From positions 1 to 64,000 of the forward strand of contig JABCTZ010000007.1 in NCBI GenBank assembly GCA_018238155.1: DNA of 64,000 nt, in the 5' to 3' direction. Both the position numbers and the translations under genes were made by a program. Within the stretch, counting starts at the first letter, position 1. Each line of letters begins with the position of its first letter. Source of the DNA: Candidatus Heimdallarchaeota archaeon (GTDB lineage Archaea > Asgardarchaeota > Heimdallarchaeia > JABLTI01). Shown piece after piece: positions 1 to 9,048 of this stretch. The notes beneath the pieces were generated by a model. It was not told the origin of the DNA. It ran no database searches and saw only the letters and a list, made by a program, of their open reading frames with translations.

Positions 1-141
1 TCAAACCCAGAAATATTACTTATAATTGAGTTAGTAATAATTATTCTGCTAAACATCTTCTATATTACTGATGGGTTACTTGCGAACAAATTCAGAACAA
101 ATTTCGTTGAGATGGACATGCCTAAAATGATTGAAATATAG
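1..141 (+). CDS. 3' end of a probable membrane protein running in from the left edge
   Basis: Frame 1 is open from base 1 (SNPEILLIIELVIIILLNIFYITDG...) to TAG at 139-141 and contains a hydrophobic stretch. Confidence 0.45.
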   Translation, partial: SNPEILLIIELVIIILLNIFYITDGLLANKFRTNFVEMDMPKMIEI

Positions 142-558
142 GCGTCGCATGGTTGGGGGCTCAAACACCTCGATACAGACAAATTTTTTTTGAAGAAAAG
201 AGCATAATTTCTAATAAAGAGCTATGAGATGAACTGCACCAACAAACTGTTTGTGGAAAAAGAATTCAAATACATATTGGAATAATTCTCCCTAAGAAAA
301 GGAACAGTATGAATGCAAATTCTCCTTGACAAATGTACATAAAGATTACACTGAGAATCACGAATTTACATTTCCTTTTTGATACTATGGATTTCAATTA
401 TACACTTGAGGATGAAGAATGAGTTTACTCTTATTTAATTCGCTTTTTTTTTGTCCAATAAACCTTTAATATCATTATGGAGGGATTAGTCTATTAGATT
501 TCCTCGTTTCTAACGAAGGATTATATTACCAACTATTACTAATATTGGAGTTCTTGAT

Positions 559-1962
559 ATGGATCTATTACGCGAATCAATATCTGATAAAACTGCTTCA
601 AAATTATCCGAAAATGAAACAAGTATAAACAACTTTGATTATTCTGACCTATATCAGCTTGAAAGCAAGATTCCAAGAAAATTTGCTGCAGGTGAGGTAG
701 ATAAATTAACTTATATTTTTGGTTACATTGCTGACCAACAGATTAATTGTGTTGTGCATTTTGAAGGCTTTTTCGATATAGCAAGAATGAAACGTGCAGT
801 AGTAACTACTTTTTATGCTGAGCCTGTTCTTGGTTGTCGTTTTGTTGAAATGCCTGATGATGTTTTTTGGAAACGAAGAGAGGATCTCCATAAACTTGAT
901 CTTTGCACCTTTGAAGAAACAAAGGATCTTGATAAATCTGTATCAGATTTCCTTATTTCAACTTGTGATGCTACCACTGATATTCCTTTGCAATTGAAGT
1001 TTTTCCGCACAGAAAAGGGTGATTCTCTTTGTTTGAAAGCAAGTCATCTTGTTCTGGATGGTGGTGGTGTTCAAGATTATGTTGTTGTTTTGTCTGATAT
1101 TTATAATAAATTGAAGAAAGAACCAGCTTATCTTCCTGAACCGAATATTGAAAGCGATCGCTCGTTAAAGCAAGTCTTTAAGCACCTGAGTTTTTGGAGA
1201 AAAATTAATGTGATAAGTCAACTAAAAATTCGCCCTCCAACGTGGGCTTTCCCTTGGGATGCAGTTAAAGCTAAAACTCGAAAGTATACTATTTTTCGCT
1301 TCACAAAAAACCAATACCACAAGATTAAGGAATTCAGCAAGAATGCGAAGGTGACAATAACTGATTTGATTCTCACTGCTTTCTTTAGAGCAGTGTTTAA
1401 AATAACAAATATTCCTGCCAAGAAAAAACTCTTTGGTACTTTTACAGCTAACCTTCGAGCATTTATGCCAAATAGGAAAGCCAAATCACTTTGTAATCTG
1501 TCGGCTTCTGTTCATCCAATATTCAGTAATATTCCTGGTGAGGATTTTGCTACATCTCTTAAACGCGTCAATAAATCAACTCGCAAAATGAAAAGGAAAG
1601 GCACTGGATTAGAGACAGCATTATTTCTTCGGTTGCTATTTAGTATGCCTTTCAAGAAAGCTAAGGAAATACTTAGAAAGACACTCGAAGAGCAAGTAAA
1701 GTTAAAAGCTTCTTTTCCAGTTATAACAAATATTGGTATCACAAAAGCAAATGATATTACGTTTGAAGGAGTAGAAGCCGTTGATGCTTTTATGCTCACT
1801 CCCTATATGAAAGCACCTGGTTTTCTAATGGGAACGATGACTTTTGAGGACAACTTACTTTTTACAATGGCTTATTTCGAAGAATCATATAGTACACCAT
1901 TGATTAACAATTTCTTAAGTCTTATGAGCGAAGAATTACTTACTGGAACTAGTGCAAACTAG
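559..1962 (+). CDS. Stand-alone condensation-domain / CoA-dependent acyltransferase (PapA5, WS-DGAT or alcohol acetyltransferase-like)
   Basis: SHLVLDGGG matches the HHxxxDG motif; also TITDLILTAF, NLR and TNIG segments typical of the family; 467 aa. Confidence 0.75.
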   Translation: MDLLRESISDKTASKLSENETSINNFDYSDLYQLESKIPRKFAAGEVDKLTYIFGYIADQQINCVVHFEGFFDIARMKRAVVTTFYAEPVLGCRFVEMPDDVFWKRREDLHKLDLCTFEETKDLDKSVSDFLISTCDATTDIPLQLKFFRTEKGDSLCLKASHLVLDGGGVQDYVVVLSDIYNKLKKEPAYLPEPNIESDRSLKQVFKHLSFWRKINVISQLKIRPPTWAFPWDAVKAKTRKYTIFRFTKNQYHKIKEFSKNAKVTITDLILTAFFRAVFKITNIPAKKKLFGTFTANLRAFMPNRKAKSLCNLSASVHPIFSNIPGEDFATSLKRVNKSTRKMKRKGTGLETALFLRLLFSMPFKKAKEILRKTLEEQVKLKASFPVITNIGITKANDITFEGVEAVDAFMLTPYMKAPGFLMGTMTFEDNLLFTMAYFEESYSTPLINNFLSLMSEELLTGTSAN

Positions 1963-2017
1963 TTCTTTTTTTCAGTTTTTTCTAAAAACTAATAATGTTT
2001 CTTCTAAAGTATAAAGC

Positions 2018-2848
2018 ATGTCCTACGAAGGTGTATCCAAATCAGTAGTTTTAGCTCAAAATAAATATGGATCTAATTCTGTTTGTATATCATTGGAAAA
2101 CGAGCTTATTTTTGTAGATGCAGGAATGAACACTACTATTGCTTCTGAATTTAGAAAAAACATGGAAGAAAAGTTTGGTAAAAAAGCAAGCACACTAATT
2201 TTAACTCATGGACACATAGATCATTTCTTTGGTATGGGTGCGTTCTCTGATCTAACAGTTATTGCTCCTAAAACATCTAAAGAAAAAATCGAACGTTATG
2301 TTACAGCTGAATTTACAACAGAAATAATTGCGAGTTTTGAAATCTATTTCCCTACTTTTAAAGCAGCAGCAAAAGTAGCAAAACTTTTCATGCCATCAAT
2401 TTGGTTCGAGAATGAAATGGCGGCAGGTAAAAATCAAGAAATCCAAATTCAAGTTACAGGTGGGCATACAAACTGTTCCTCATCAATTTATTTCCAACAG
2501 GAAAAAATCCTTATTGCAGGGGATTTATTGCAAGTTGAAGTTTCACCTTATTTCGGTGAACCTGATAATGATATGGGTCTTTGGATTCAAACCTTAAAAT
2601 TGTGGGAAAAAATGTCCTTAGATGCATATTTACCTGGTCATGGACCAAAAATTGATGTCAACTATTTAGTTAAAGTACGTGAATTCTTTGAACAAATCCT
2701 TGAAACAGTTACTAAACTAAAAGCAAAGGGATTAACAGTAAAGGAAGTACTTGAGCATCCTTCTTTGCCATCGGGTTATTGGCCCAGAGGGGCGACCAAA
2801 CTTGCATATCAAATGAGCATAGTTAATTTGTACAAACACTTAAGGTAA
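2018..2848 (+). CDS. Metallo-beta-lactamase-fold hydrolase (cyclase-like)
   Basis: THGHIDH, GGHT, AGDLL and PGHG motifs. Confidence 0.85.
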   Translation: MSYEGVSKSVVLAQNKYGSNSVCISLENELIFVDAGMNTTIASEFRKNMEEKFGKKASTLILTHGHIDHFFGMGAFSDLTVIAPKTSKEKIERYVTAEFTTEIIASFEIYFPTFKAAAKVAKLFMPSIWFENEMAAGKNQEIQIQVTGGHTNCSSSIYFQQEKILIAGDLLQVEVSPYFGEPDNDMGLWIQTLKLWEKMSLDAYLPGHGPKIDVNYLVKVREFFEQILETVTKLKAKGLTVKEVLEHPSLPSGYWPRGATKLAYQMSIVNLYKHLR

Positions 2849-2939
2849 TAAGAAGTGAAGGAAATTCATTTTGAAACCTTAAATTGTAAAGAGCTAAAGT
2901 AAAAAATCATCTTCATATTCTATTTATAAGGTGATATTA

Positions 2940-3281
2940 ATGATTACAAAAAAACCGACTGAAGTTGATAAACTAGATAATCCTCATAAAGTAGATACTA
3001 GAAAATTGTATAATACGGTGGAAGCAAATGTTATCCATTTAACTTTGCAACCTGGTGAAAAATTACTGAGACATATTACACCGGTAGACGTTATATTTTA
3101 TGTTATTGAAGGAAAAGGCACAGTAGAAATTGGCGAAGAGAAAAAAGAAGTAGATGCTGATACTTTAATTGAAAGTCCTGCAAATATCGTTCACTGTTGG
3201 TATAACACTAGTAAGTCTATTTTGCGTATACTTGTAATAAAAACTCCAAGACCAACAACACCAACTAAATTTATCGATTAA
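2940..3281 (+). CDS. Cupin domain protein
   Basis: LQPGE..H.....IFYVIEGKG...PANIVH cupin pattern; ATG 2940 follows an AGGTGA SD-like sequence. Confidence 0.8.
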   Translation: MITKKPTEVDKLDNPHKVDTRKLYNTVEANVIHLTLQPGEKLLRHITPVDVIFYVIEGKGTVEIGEEKKEVDADTLIESPANIVHCWYNTSKSILRILVIKTPRPTTPTKFID

Positions 3282-3334
3282 AAAAACAACTACTTTATAT
3301 TCATTAAATAGAGAGTTTATGGTTGAAAGCAAAA

Positions 3335-4441
3335 TTAACGTATTTTCAGTCCTTTTAGAACACTATCAATCATAAATTCTGTATCTGTTCGCCAATCATG
3401 TTTTTCATTATCAAATGTTAGTGGCCATGGTAAAAACGAAGTAGCTCGATTAAAATCTATATAGTTAAAATGCATGTCAGTCAACTTCTCTCGCAAATGA
3501 GAGAGAACATTAGATAAATGACTTGGAGGTAAATGCAGATACCAAAACAGATTATTATTATTGATTTTAAATGTAGAACTGAATGGGAATGTAAGTTGAA
3601 GTATTCGTGATTCTAAATCCTGAATTGTCGTTCGTTTTGCAGAACCCCAAATTAATGCTGTGCTATACAAATCAAATATTGTTGGAGCTAGGTTTACTTT
3701 GTAATTACTGATACATTCATCTTTCACTTTTTTGATGTAGCGACTGAACGTCTGTGGTGTAAATTTATAACCTTCTTTTTTTAGATCAACAATAATATCA
3801 GTATTTTTTCTTCTGGCATCTTTAACAAGATGTTTTAGAATAGCAATATGTGACTGTGTCAGCCATTTTTTGGCTGATCCTGCTTTTGTTATTGGCAGTG
3901 ATTTTTCTTTATTTTTAACATTGCACGTGAACCATTCCTCTAAGTCAAATTGCCATTGATGTGTTATTGGGTTCCAAAAATCTGCATTTGGTGCTGTATA
4001 AATTGATTCCACGCCTTCAAACGATAAGACATTGAATCCATCGATTAGTTTTTTCTCTTTGACGATATTAAACAATTCTATTATAGAATTGCGTGTTCCT
4101 ATTGGAGCGCAAAATTGAACAAGCAATCCATTTGTATCTCCAAAACATCTTGCTTGATAATGTGTGTACGGATGTTCATAACATAATTTCTCAACGAATT
4201 GTAGCTTTTTTTCATTATCTGCTTCAATTAGAAGGTCAATATTTTCCTTCCCCAAATTCCAGATATTTGTTGTAGCAACGACGTTGAAAAAAAGCTTCTT
4301 AGGTGATGAAAGGTCTTGGATAATTCCAAATACAATTGATTTGGAAAGACCAACGCGACTTGAAAGCCATTCGTAGGTTCCAAGAGGGTTTTCTTGTACC
4401 GCAATGAGAACACTAAGATGTTTTTGAGTTAATTCTATCGT
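3335..4441 (-). CDS. Lrp/AsnC-type regulator with two wHTH domains; start codon anomalous
   Basis: Frame stays open upstream of the ORF-track start to 4441 (TIELTQKHLSVLIAVQENPLGTYEWLSSRVGLSKS = HTH 1); second HTH LTQSHIAILKHLVKDARRKNTDI. Confidence 0.65.
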   Translation of the reverse strand, partial: TIELTQKHLSVLIAVQENPLGTYEWLSSRVGLSKSIVFGIIQDLSSPKKLFFNVVATTNIWNLGKENIDLLIEADNEKKLQFVEKLCYEHPYTHYQARCFGDTNGLLVQFCAPIGTRNSIIELFNIVKEKKLIDGFNVLSFEGVESIYTAPNADFWNPITHQWQFDLEEWFTCNVKNKEKSLPITKAGSAKKWLTQSHIAILKHLVKDARRKNTDIIVDLKKEGYKFTPQTFSRYIKKVKDECISNYKVNLAPTIFDLYSTALIWGSAKRTTIQDLESRILQLTFPFSSTFKINNNNLFWYLHLPPSHLSNVLSHLREKLTDMHFNYIDFNRATSFLPWPLTFDNEKHDWRTDTEFMIDSVLKGLKIR

Positions 4442-4474
4442 TCAATTTCACACTCGTTCAATTTTTTTTAACCT

Positions 4475-5017
4475 TCAGTGTAATACGCAACATACTCTTG
4501 GTGTACCGCTATTTGGTGCAGTTTCAGGAGGGTCAAAGATTACTATATCTTCATCATAAGAGATTCCATAACAATCGTAATTAGCCACTGTAGCTCTCAA
4601 TTTATACCAACCGGGTTCGGTTGCAACATCAAACCATTCTGCATGTAAACAGTAACTGGATTCACAACCTGTGACAACAGTAAGGAAATAATAGGTTAAT
4701 CCAGATGGTAAAGTTAGATATTGATAAATATCTGCATCTACATGTTCTGCATATCCGCTCAATGAATAAATCGTAATAATAGTATACACATCATCAAAAA
4801 CTCCATCGGAATCTAAATCATAATAATAGGCATGATCAATTTGTATACGAAAACCACGAATAAAATATTCGATTGAATATTGTTCTGATCCACTTTGGTC
4901 CATCTGTGTAGAGAGTGCTGCATCTTGTTCGGGGGTCATGAGTATGTTTTGAAGTGGGATGGAAAATAGTGGAAGAGTTAATAATCCTAATACTAATAAC
5001 AAACGATAGTATTTCAT
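4475..5017 (-). CDS. Secreted hypothetical protein
   Basis: Signal peptide MKYYRLLLVLGLLTLPLFS; GAGG SD; beta-rich body with a DLDSDG loop. Confidence 0.65.
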   Translation of the reverse strand: MKYYRLLLVLGLLTLPLFSIPLQNILMTPEQDAALSTQMDQSGSEQYSIEYFIRGFRIQIDHAYYYDLDSDGVFDDVYTIITIYSLSGYAEHVDADIYQYLTLPSGLTYYFLTVVTGCESSYCLHAEWFDVATEPGWYKLRATVANYDCYGISYDEDIVIFDPPETAPNSGTPRVCCVLH

Positions 5018-5211
5018 TTCACAAACCTCATTTTTTTATACGCCAATAATAACTATTCATTGAGAGGATATTTTAATTATTATATAACTCTTCCGCATAA
5101 AATTATAACAATTTTTCCTATTACTAACATTAAAAATTTGTTTTTGGTTGTTTTCGTGTGAAAAAGAAGCAAGTGGTTTAATACTTTGCTATTTAAACTA
5201 ATGACTTTTTA

Positions 5212-6111
5212 TTATGTTAAAATGGGATACTCATGTATTCTAGAGAGTTTGAGTAATTTCGAGAATGATTTGGGAAAAGCTGTTTTCTCACAATTATAAA
5301 TTCCAACTACTTTTTCAAGAAAATCTTTGTTGGTTATATCCTTTTGAAATACTAATTCACCAATTCTATGAAATAAAATCCTTTTTGAGTTAATTGCCTT
5401 AATATTCGTATGATTAATTTCAGCTGAATTCAGAGTTGAAATGACCATGATATTATCATAAGGTTCTTCGACTTTACTGAGCAAGATCTGAGTAATTTCC
5501 ATTTCAGGGATTATTTCCCATAATATTTCACTTAATAAAAAACCAATTTTTGTGCTGTTTATTTGACAAAAAGATGTGAAATCATTCCATGTTTGTTGAT
5601 TAACATAACGTATAGTTACATCTTTTGTTACACGGTTACTGTTTTGATATTGCGGATAGTTTTGTAAAAGAGAGAGAAAAGGTATCTTTTCGATACTTTC
5701 TGGAACAACAACAATTGAATTTTTAATTCGATAAATGTATTTCAATAATGTAGCTGTATCAATATCTTCTGCAATGACTAATTTTTTGATATTAGAAAAA
5801 TAGAATTTCACATTGTCAGGTAACGATGACAAGTCTTTTTTATTGATGTGCAACTCCTCTTCATTTTGAATTATTTCAAGATGTTCAAAATTCCTCCTCC
5901 TAAAGTGATTCTCAAGAGGAGGTAAAAATATATTTGATCCATTTCTCGTCAAAAAATTCTTAATGATGTTTGTGAAAATTGTTCCCGTATTTTTCCCCCA
6001 TATTTTTGTAAGTGAAGAAAAACGTTCAAATAATTCTTTATCTAAATCTCTGATTGTAACTACTTTTGAGATTAGTTTTTTGTTATCGTGTTCTATATTG
6101 CTCTTCTTCAT
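5212..6111 (-). CDS. Internally duplicated protein with two putative ribbon-helix-helix domains
   Basis: Two homologous halves starting VTIRDLDKELFERF and VTIRYVNQQTWNDF. Confidence 0.55.
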   Translation of the reverse strand: MKKSNIEHDNKKLISKVVTIRDLDKELFERFSSLTKIWGKNTGTIFTNIIKNFLTRNGSNIFLPPLENHFRRRNFEHLEIIQNEEELHINKKDLSSLPDNVKFYFSNIKKLVIAEDIDTATLLKYIYRIKNSIVVVPESIEKIPFLSLLQNYPQYQNSNRVTKDVTIRYVNQQTWNDFTSFCQINSTKIGFLLSEILWEIIPEMEITQILLSKVEEPYDNIMVISTLNSAEINHTNIKAINSKRILFHRIGELVFQKDITNKDFLEKVVGIYNCEKTAFPKSFSKLLKLSRIHEYPILT

Positions 6112-6220
6112 CTTTGATTATCTGTCCGTGATTTTGATTGCCCGTTTACACTTTTCTCGCTCTATCCTCTTACACTTTTCATATCATAAATGAAGTAGGA
6201 ACCGTTAAATATATAAAACT

Positions 6221-6238
6221 TGTTAAACATGTTAAACA
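6221..6238. promoter_or_regulatory. Tandem near-palindromic 9-mers TGTTAAACA x2 just downstream of a TATA-like box; putative operator
   Basis: Exact copies at 6221-6229 and 6230-6238; ATATAAAA at 6211-6218. Confidence 0.45.
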
Positions 6239-6260
6239 AAGAATCTCTGAGGTAACAAAA

Positions 6261-6755
6261 ATGGCAAGTCCAATAATATTCGGTTTGATAAATTTCCTGC
6301 ACGACCTATTTACATCGTTATGGATTGGCGGTCTGGCATTTATGGTTTTAATTCTTATGCCAGTAGTTCGAAAATATTTTGAAGATAAAAAAGAAGGAGA
6401 AGCTTTTCAAGAGAAAGCTCAAAAGAGACTTAAGATAATTGTTTACATAAGCATGGTTGGCTTAATAGTAACTGGAATACTAATGAGTAATCAAGCTTTA
6501 ACAAAGCACTATGATGGACCTTTTTCATTTTCAAATAATTACTCAATTGTGGTTGGTATAAAACACATACTAGTAATTTTAATGGTAATAATTACAATAA
6601 CTAAAAGCCAGATCCTTGATAGATTGAAATCAACTTCAAAAGCACTAAAGAAAACAAGAATGATTTTGATCCCCATAAATTTGTTTTTAGGAATAGCTGT
6701 ACTAGTATTAAGTGGAATAAGCGCCGCATTTGCTGCGATGCCCGTAGTTCCGTAG
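6261..6755 (+). CDS. CopD/DUF4149-like 4-TM membrane protein
   Basis: FLHDLFTSLWIGG and IKHILV motifs; four hydrophobic helices; GAGGT SD before ATG 6261. Confidence 0.7.
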   Translation: MASPIIFGLINFLHDLFTSLWIGGLAFMVLILMPVVRKYFEDKKEGEAFQEKAQKRLKIIVYISMVGLIVTGILMSNQALTKHYDGPFSFSNNYSIVVGIKHILVILMVIITITKSQILDRLKSTSKALKKTRMILIPINLFLGIAVLVLSGISAAFAAMPVVP

Positions 6756-6777
6756 TGGATCTACCGGATTCAATAAC

Positions 6778-6801
6778 TAATCCCTGAACGAGAAGGGATT
6801 A
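6778..6801 (+). terminator. Hairpin downstream of the CopD-like gene
   Basis: TAATCCCT / AGGGATTA inverted repeat followed by a T-rich run. Confidence 0.4.
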
Positions 6802-6922
6802 ATTATTCTTTATTTTAGAGAAAACTTTGCTTTATATATTTAGAATATTTAGTGAATTCCCCTAATAGTTTTAATCTAGTTTCATTTCTAATCATTTGTA
6901 ATAACAATTCTAGGCGAAAATT

Positions 6923-7135
6923 ATGGGTGCTGTGAACGAAGAGAATATATGCGCTAAATGCGGGATAAAAGAGAATTCTAGAGAATTACATTATTGCTTT
7001 GGTTGTAAGAAATGCTATTGTAGTGATTGTGTTAAACTAACAGAGAGTGATGATTGTTATTCAAATTATGTAAAGTATTATGTTAATTGTCCAATAGATA
7101 AAAAACATCATATGAATAGTACCTGGTCACCTTAA
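6923..7135 (+). CDS. Small Cys-rich zinc-finger protein
   Basis: CAKC, CFGC and CSDC plus further Cys/His. Confidence 0.6.
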   Translation: MGAVNEENICAKCGIKENSRELHYCFGCKKCYCSDCVKLTESDDCYSNYVKYYVNCPIDKKHHMNSTWSP

Positions 7136-7231
7136 TATCATGATGAATGAAAAAATATTGGTAGTTATCTGCAATTAATGATCGCAGGTGATATGATTCG
7201 AAACCAACAAACCTTTACTCATCGTCATAAA

Positions 7232-7444
7232 TTATTTCTTTTCACCGATAACCCAACGTTGTTTTCCATCTTCTCCAAGAAAAATGAGAAAACCACAGTT
7301 AGGGCATCTAATAATGATTGCCTTATAACTTTTCTCTGAAACAAAGCTAAATTTTAAAGGACCAGTAGAAGCGCATTCTTTACACTTTGATCCCCAAATA
7401 GTCTTTGCTTGCTTCTTCAATGCTTTCTCCTTTGTTTGAGACAA
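7232..7444 (-). CDS. Small zinc-ribbon protein
   Basis: CKEC...CPNCG; AGGTGG SD before TTG. Confidence 0.6.
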   Translation of the reverse strand: MSQTKEKALKKQAKTIWGSKCKECASTGPLKFSFVSEKSYKAIIIRCPNCGFLIFLGEDGKQRWVIGEKK

Positions 7445-7460
7445 TTTTGTACCACCTATC

Positions 7461-7841
7461 CTATCTTATTATAATTGCTCGGATTAATAAGAAAAACGTG
7501 AAGACCCCACATACCTCCAAGGAGTATCTCCGTAAAAAATCCCGATGCAAGTGTTCCTTTAAATTCTTATTCTTAAATAGTGCAATAGAATGTACTAGAA
7601 AATTAACAACAGCTAAAACTGATGCAAACAAACCGAAATAATAACCAACGATTAACTCAAAAAAAATCATTAGAAGAGTGCCCATGCTAAGGACCATTAA
7701 TCCTGATGCTACTAGAAGATATTTTGATAATGAACCATTAGGAATACGTGTATAAACTTCCATTGCTATCTCTGCAAAAAGAGGTAAAATTTGGAGGAAA
7801 ACAAGTACAAGCATGCTTATTGCAACAAATTCAAGAGACAT
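7461..7841 (-). CDS. Small 4-TM hypothetical membrane protein
   Basis: ATG start; four hydrophobic segments. Confidence 0.55.
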   Translation of the reverse strand: MSLEFVAISMLVLVFLQILPLFAEIAMEVYTRIPNGSLSKYLLVASGLMVLSMGTLLMIFFELIVGYYFGLFASVLAVVNFLVHSIALFKNKNLKEHLHRDFLRRYSLEVCGVFTFFLLIRAIIIR

Positions 7842-8023
7842 GAAGTAGAATTTCAGTCAAATAAATTAAATTTTGTGTTCTCTTCTAATTTACCTTATTG
7901 CTAAAAAAATATTTAACCAATCACTACTAAACGAAAAATTCAACTAAAACAGTAGGAAATGGAAAAAAACATTCTTTGGTAGTTTAATAATTGTAATTAT
8001 TATTTATAATCAGATGAGTAATA

Positions 8024-8539
8024 ATGAGTAATGACCTAGATTATGTAATAATAAAAGAATTAGAGATGAAACCAGAAAAATTAGAATCATTAATAGAAAA
8101 GATGGGCGAAATTGCATATGATTTAGAGGTAGAATTTGATTACAATAGTGACGAAAAAAATAATCAGAAAAACAAGAAAGAAACAGTAGATGGAAAAGAA
8201 GAGATGATGACAATTGAATGTTGGGATTTCTATTTTGAACGAAATGAGAAAACAAAGGATTATTTTTTGAAGAAAATTGAGAGAAATGATCGATGGTGGG
8301 ATCTGAAGTGGTGGCATACATCAGTACTGTACACAGTAATACTAAGAATGAACGCAAAAATACTATGGGTAGCCATAGATGAAGGATGGAACGGATTTAT
8401 GTTTAAAGTACATAAAGGGAAAATAGAAGTAAAAGAATTCCCATTTTATGAAACGTTAAAAAAAGCAATAATTTGGAATGAAGAATTTAAAGTTATAAAA
8501 CAAAAAAGAGTGAGAGAATTCTATTTTGAAGCAAAATAA
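8024..8539 (+). CDS. Hypothetical protein
   Basis: 171-aa ORF, strongly purine-skewed, no recognised motif. Confidence 0.55.
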   Translation: MSNDLDYVIIKELEMKPEKLESLIEKMGEIAYDLEVEFDYNSDEKNNQKNKKETVDGKEEMMTIECWDFYFERNEKTKDYFLKKIERNDRWWDLKWWHTSVLYTVILRMNAKILWVAIDEGWNGFMFKVHKGKIEVKEFPFYETLKKAIIWNEEFKVIKQKRVREFYFEAK

Positions 8540-8623
8540 TAGAAGATAGAAACAAACCATAAACTAACGAAAGATTCAAAAGGAAAAAAAGAACGATAAA
8601 AGAATACTAAAAGAGTAACATAC

Positions 8624-8731
8624 GGCCGGGTAGTCTAGCACGGTATGATTCCTGCTTTGGGACAATATGGGAGGAAATCCCAATTGCGAATTAGTAGGAG
8701 ATCCCGGATTCAAATTCCGGCTCGGCCACCA
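8624..8731 (+). tRNA. tRNA-Pro(UGG) with a 31-nt intron (8662-8692) at position 37/38 and encoded CCA
   Basis: Acceptor GGCCGGG/CTCGGCC; anticodon stem CCTGC/GTAGG; anticodon TGG 8658-8660; T arm CCGGA-TTCAAAT-TCCGG; bulge-helix-bulge with central helix TTTG/CGAA, bulges GGA and TTA, outer helix CAAT/ATTG. Confidence 0.95.
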
Positions 8732-9048
8732 TTTTCTATTCTTCTCTTAAATTGCCAGCTAGTTCTAGTTTGGTATTGTGTACCATATATTTATAGTTGA
8801 GATTGAAAGTTGCTTTTGGTTGATGTGGATATAACATCAATTCAATTTATAGTTGAAGAAGTAATCTATTTAATTTCTACAAAAATATTTTCAACAAAAT
8901 CTAATTTACAATTAATAATTAGCTAAATAAACACCTATTTAATTGAATTTCACCATAATCCTTTTATATTTTTGGAATACTATTTATTTCCCGATTTTTT
9001 TTGGGAAAAGGATATGGAGAAGATTATTTATGAAAAAAAAATGAGATA

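Noticed and set aside
6764-6773. CCGGATTCAA match to the tRNA-Pro T arm
   Set aside because: Only 10 bp, upstream of the tRNA, and no acceptor-stem match; likely chance
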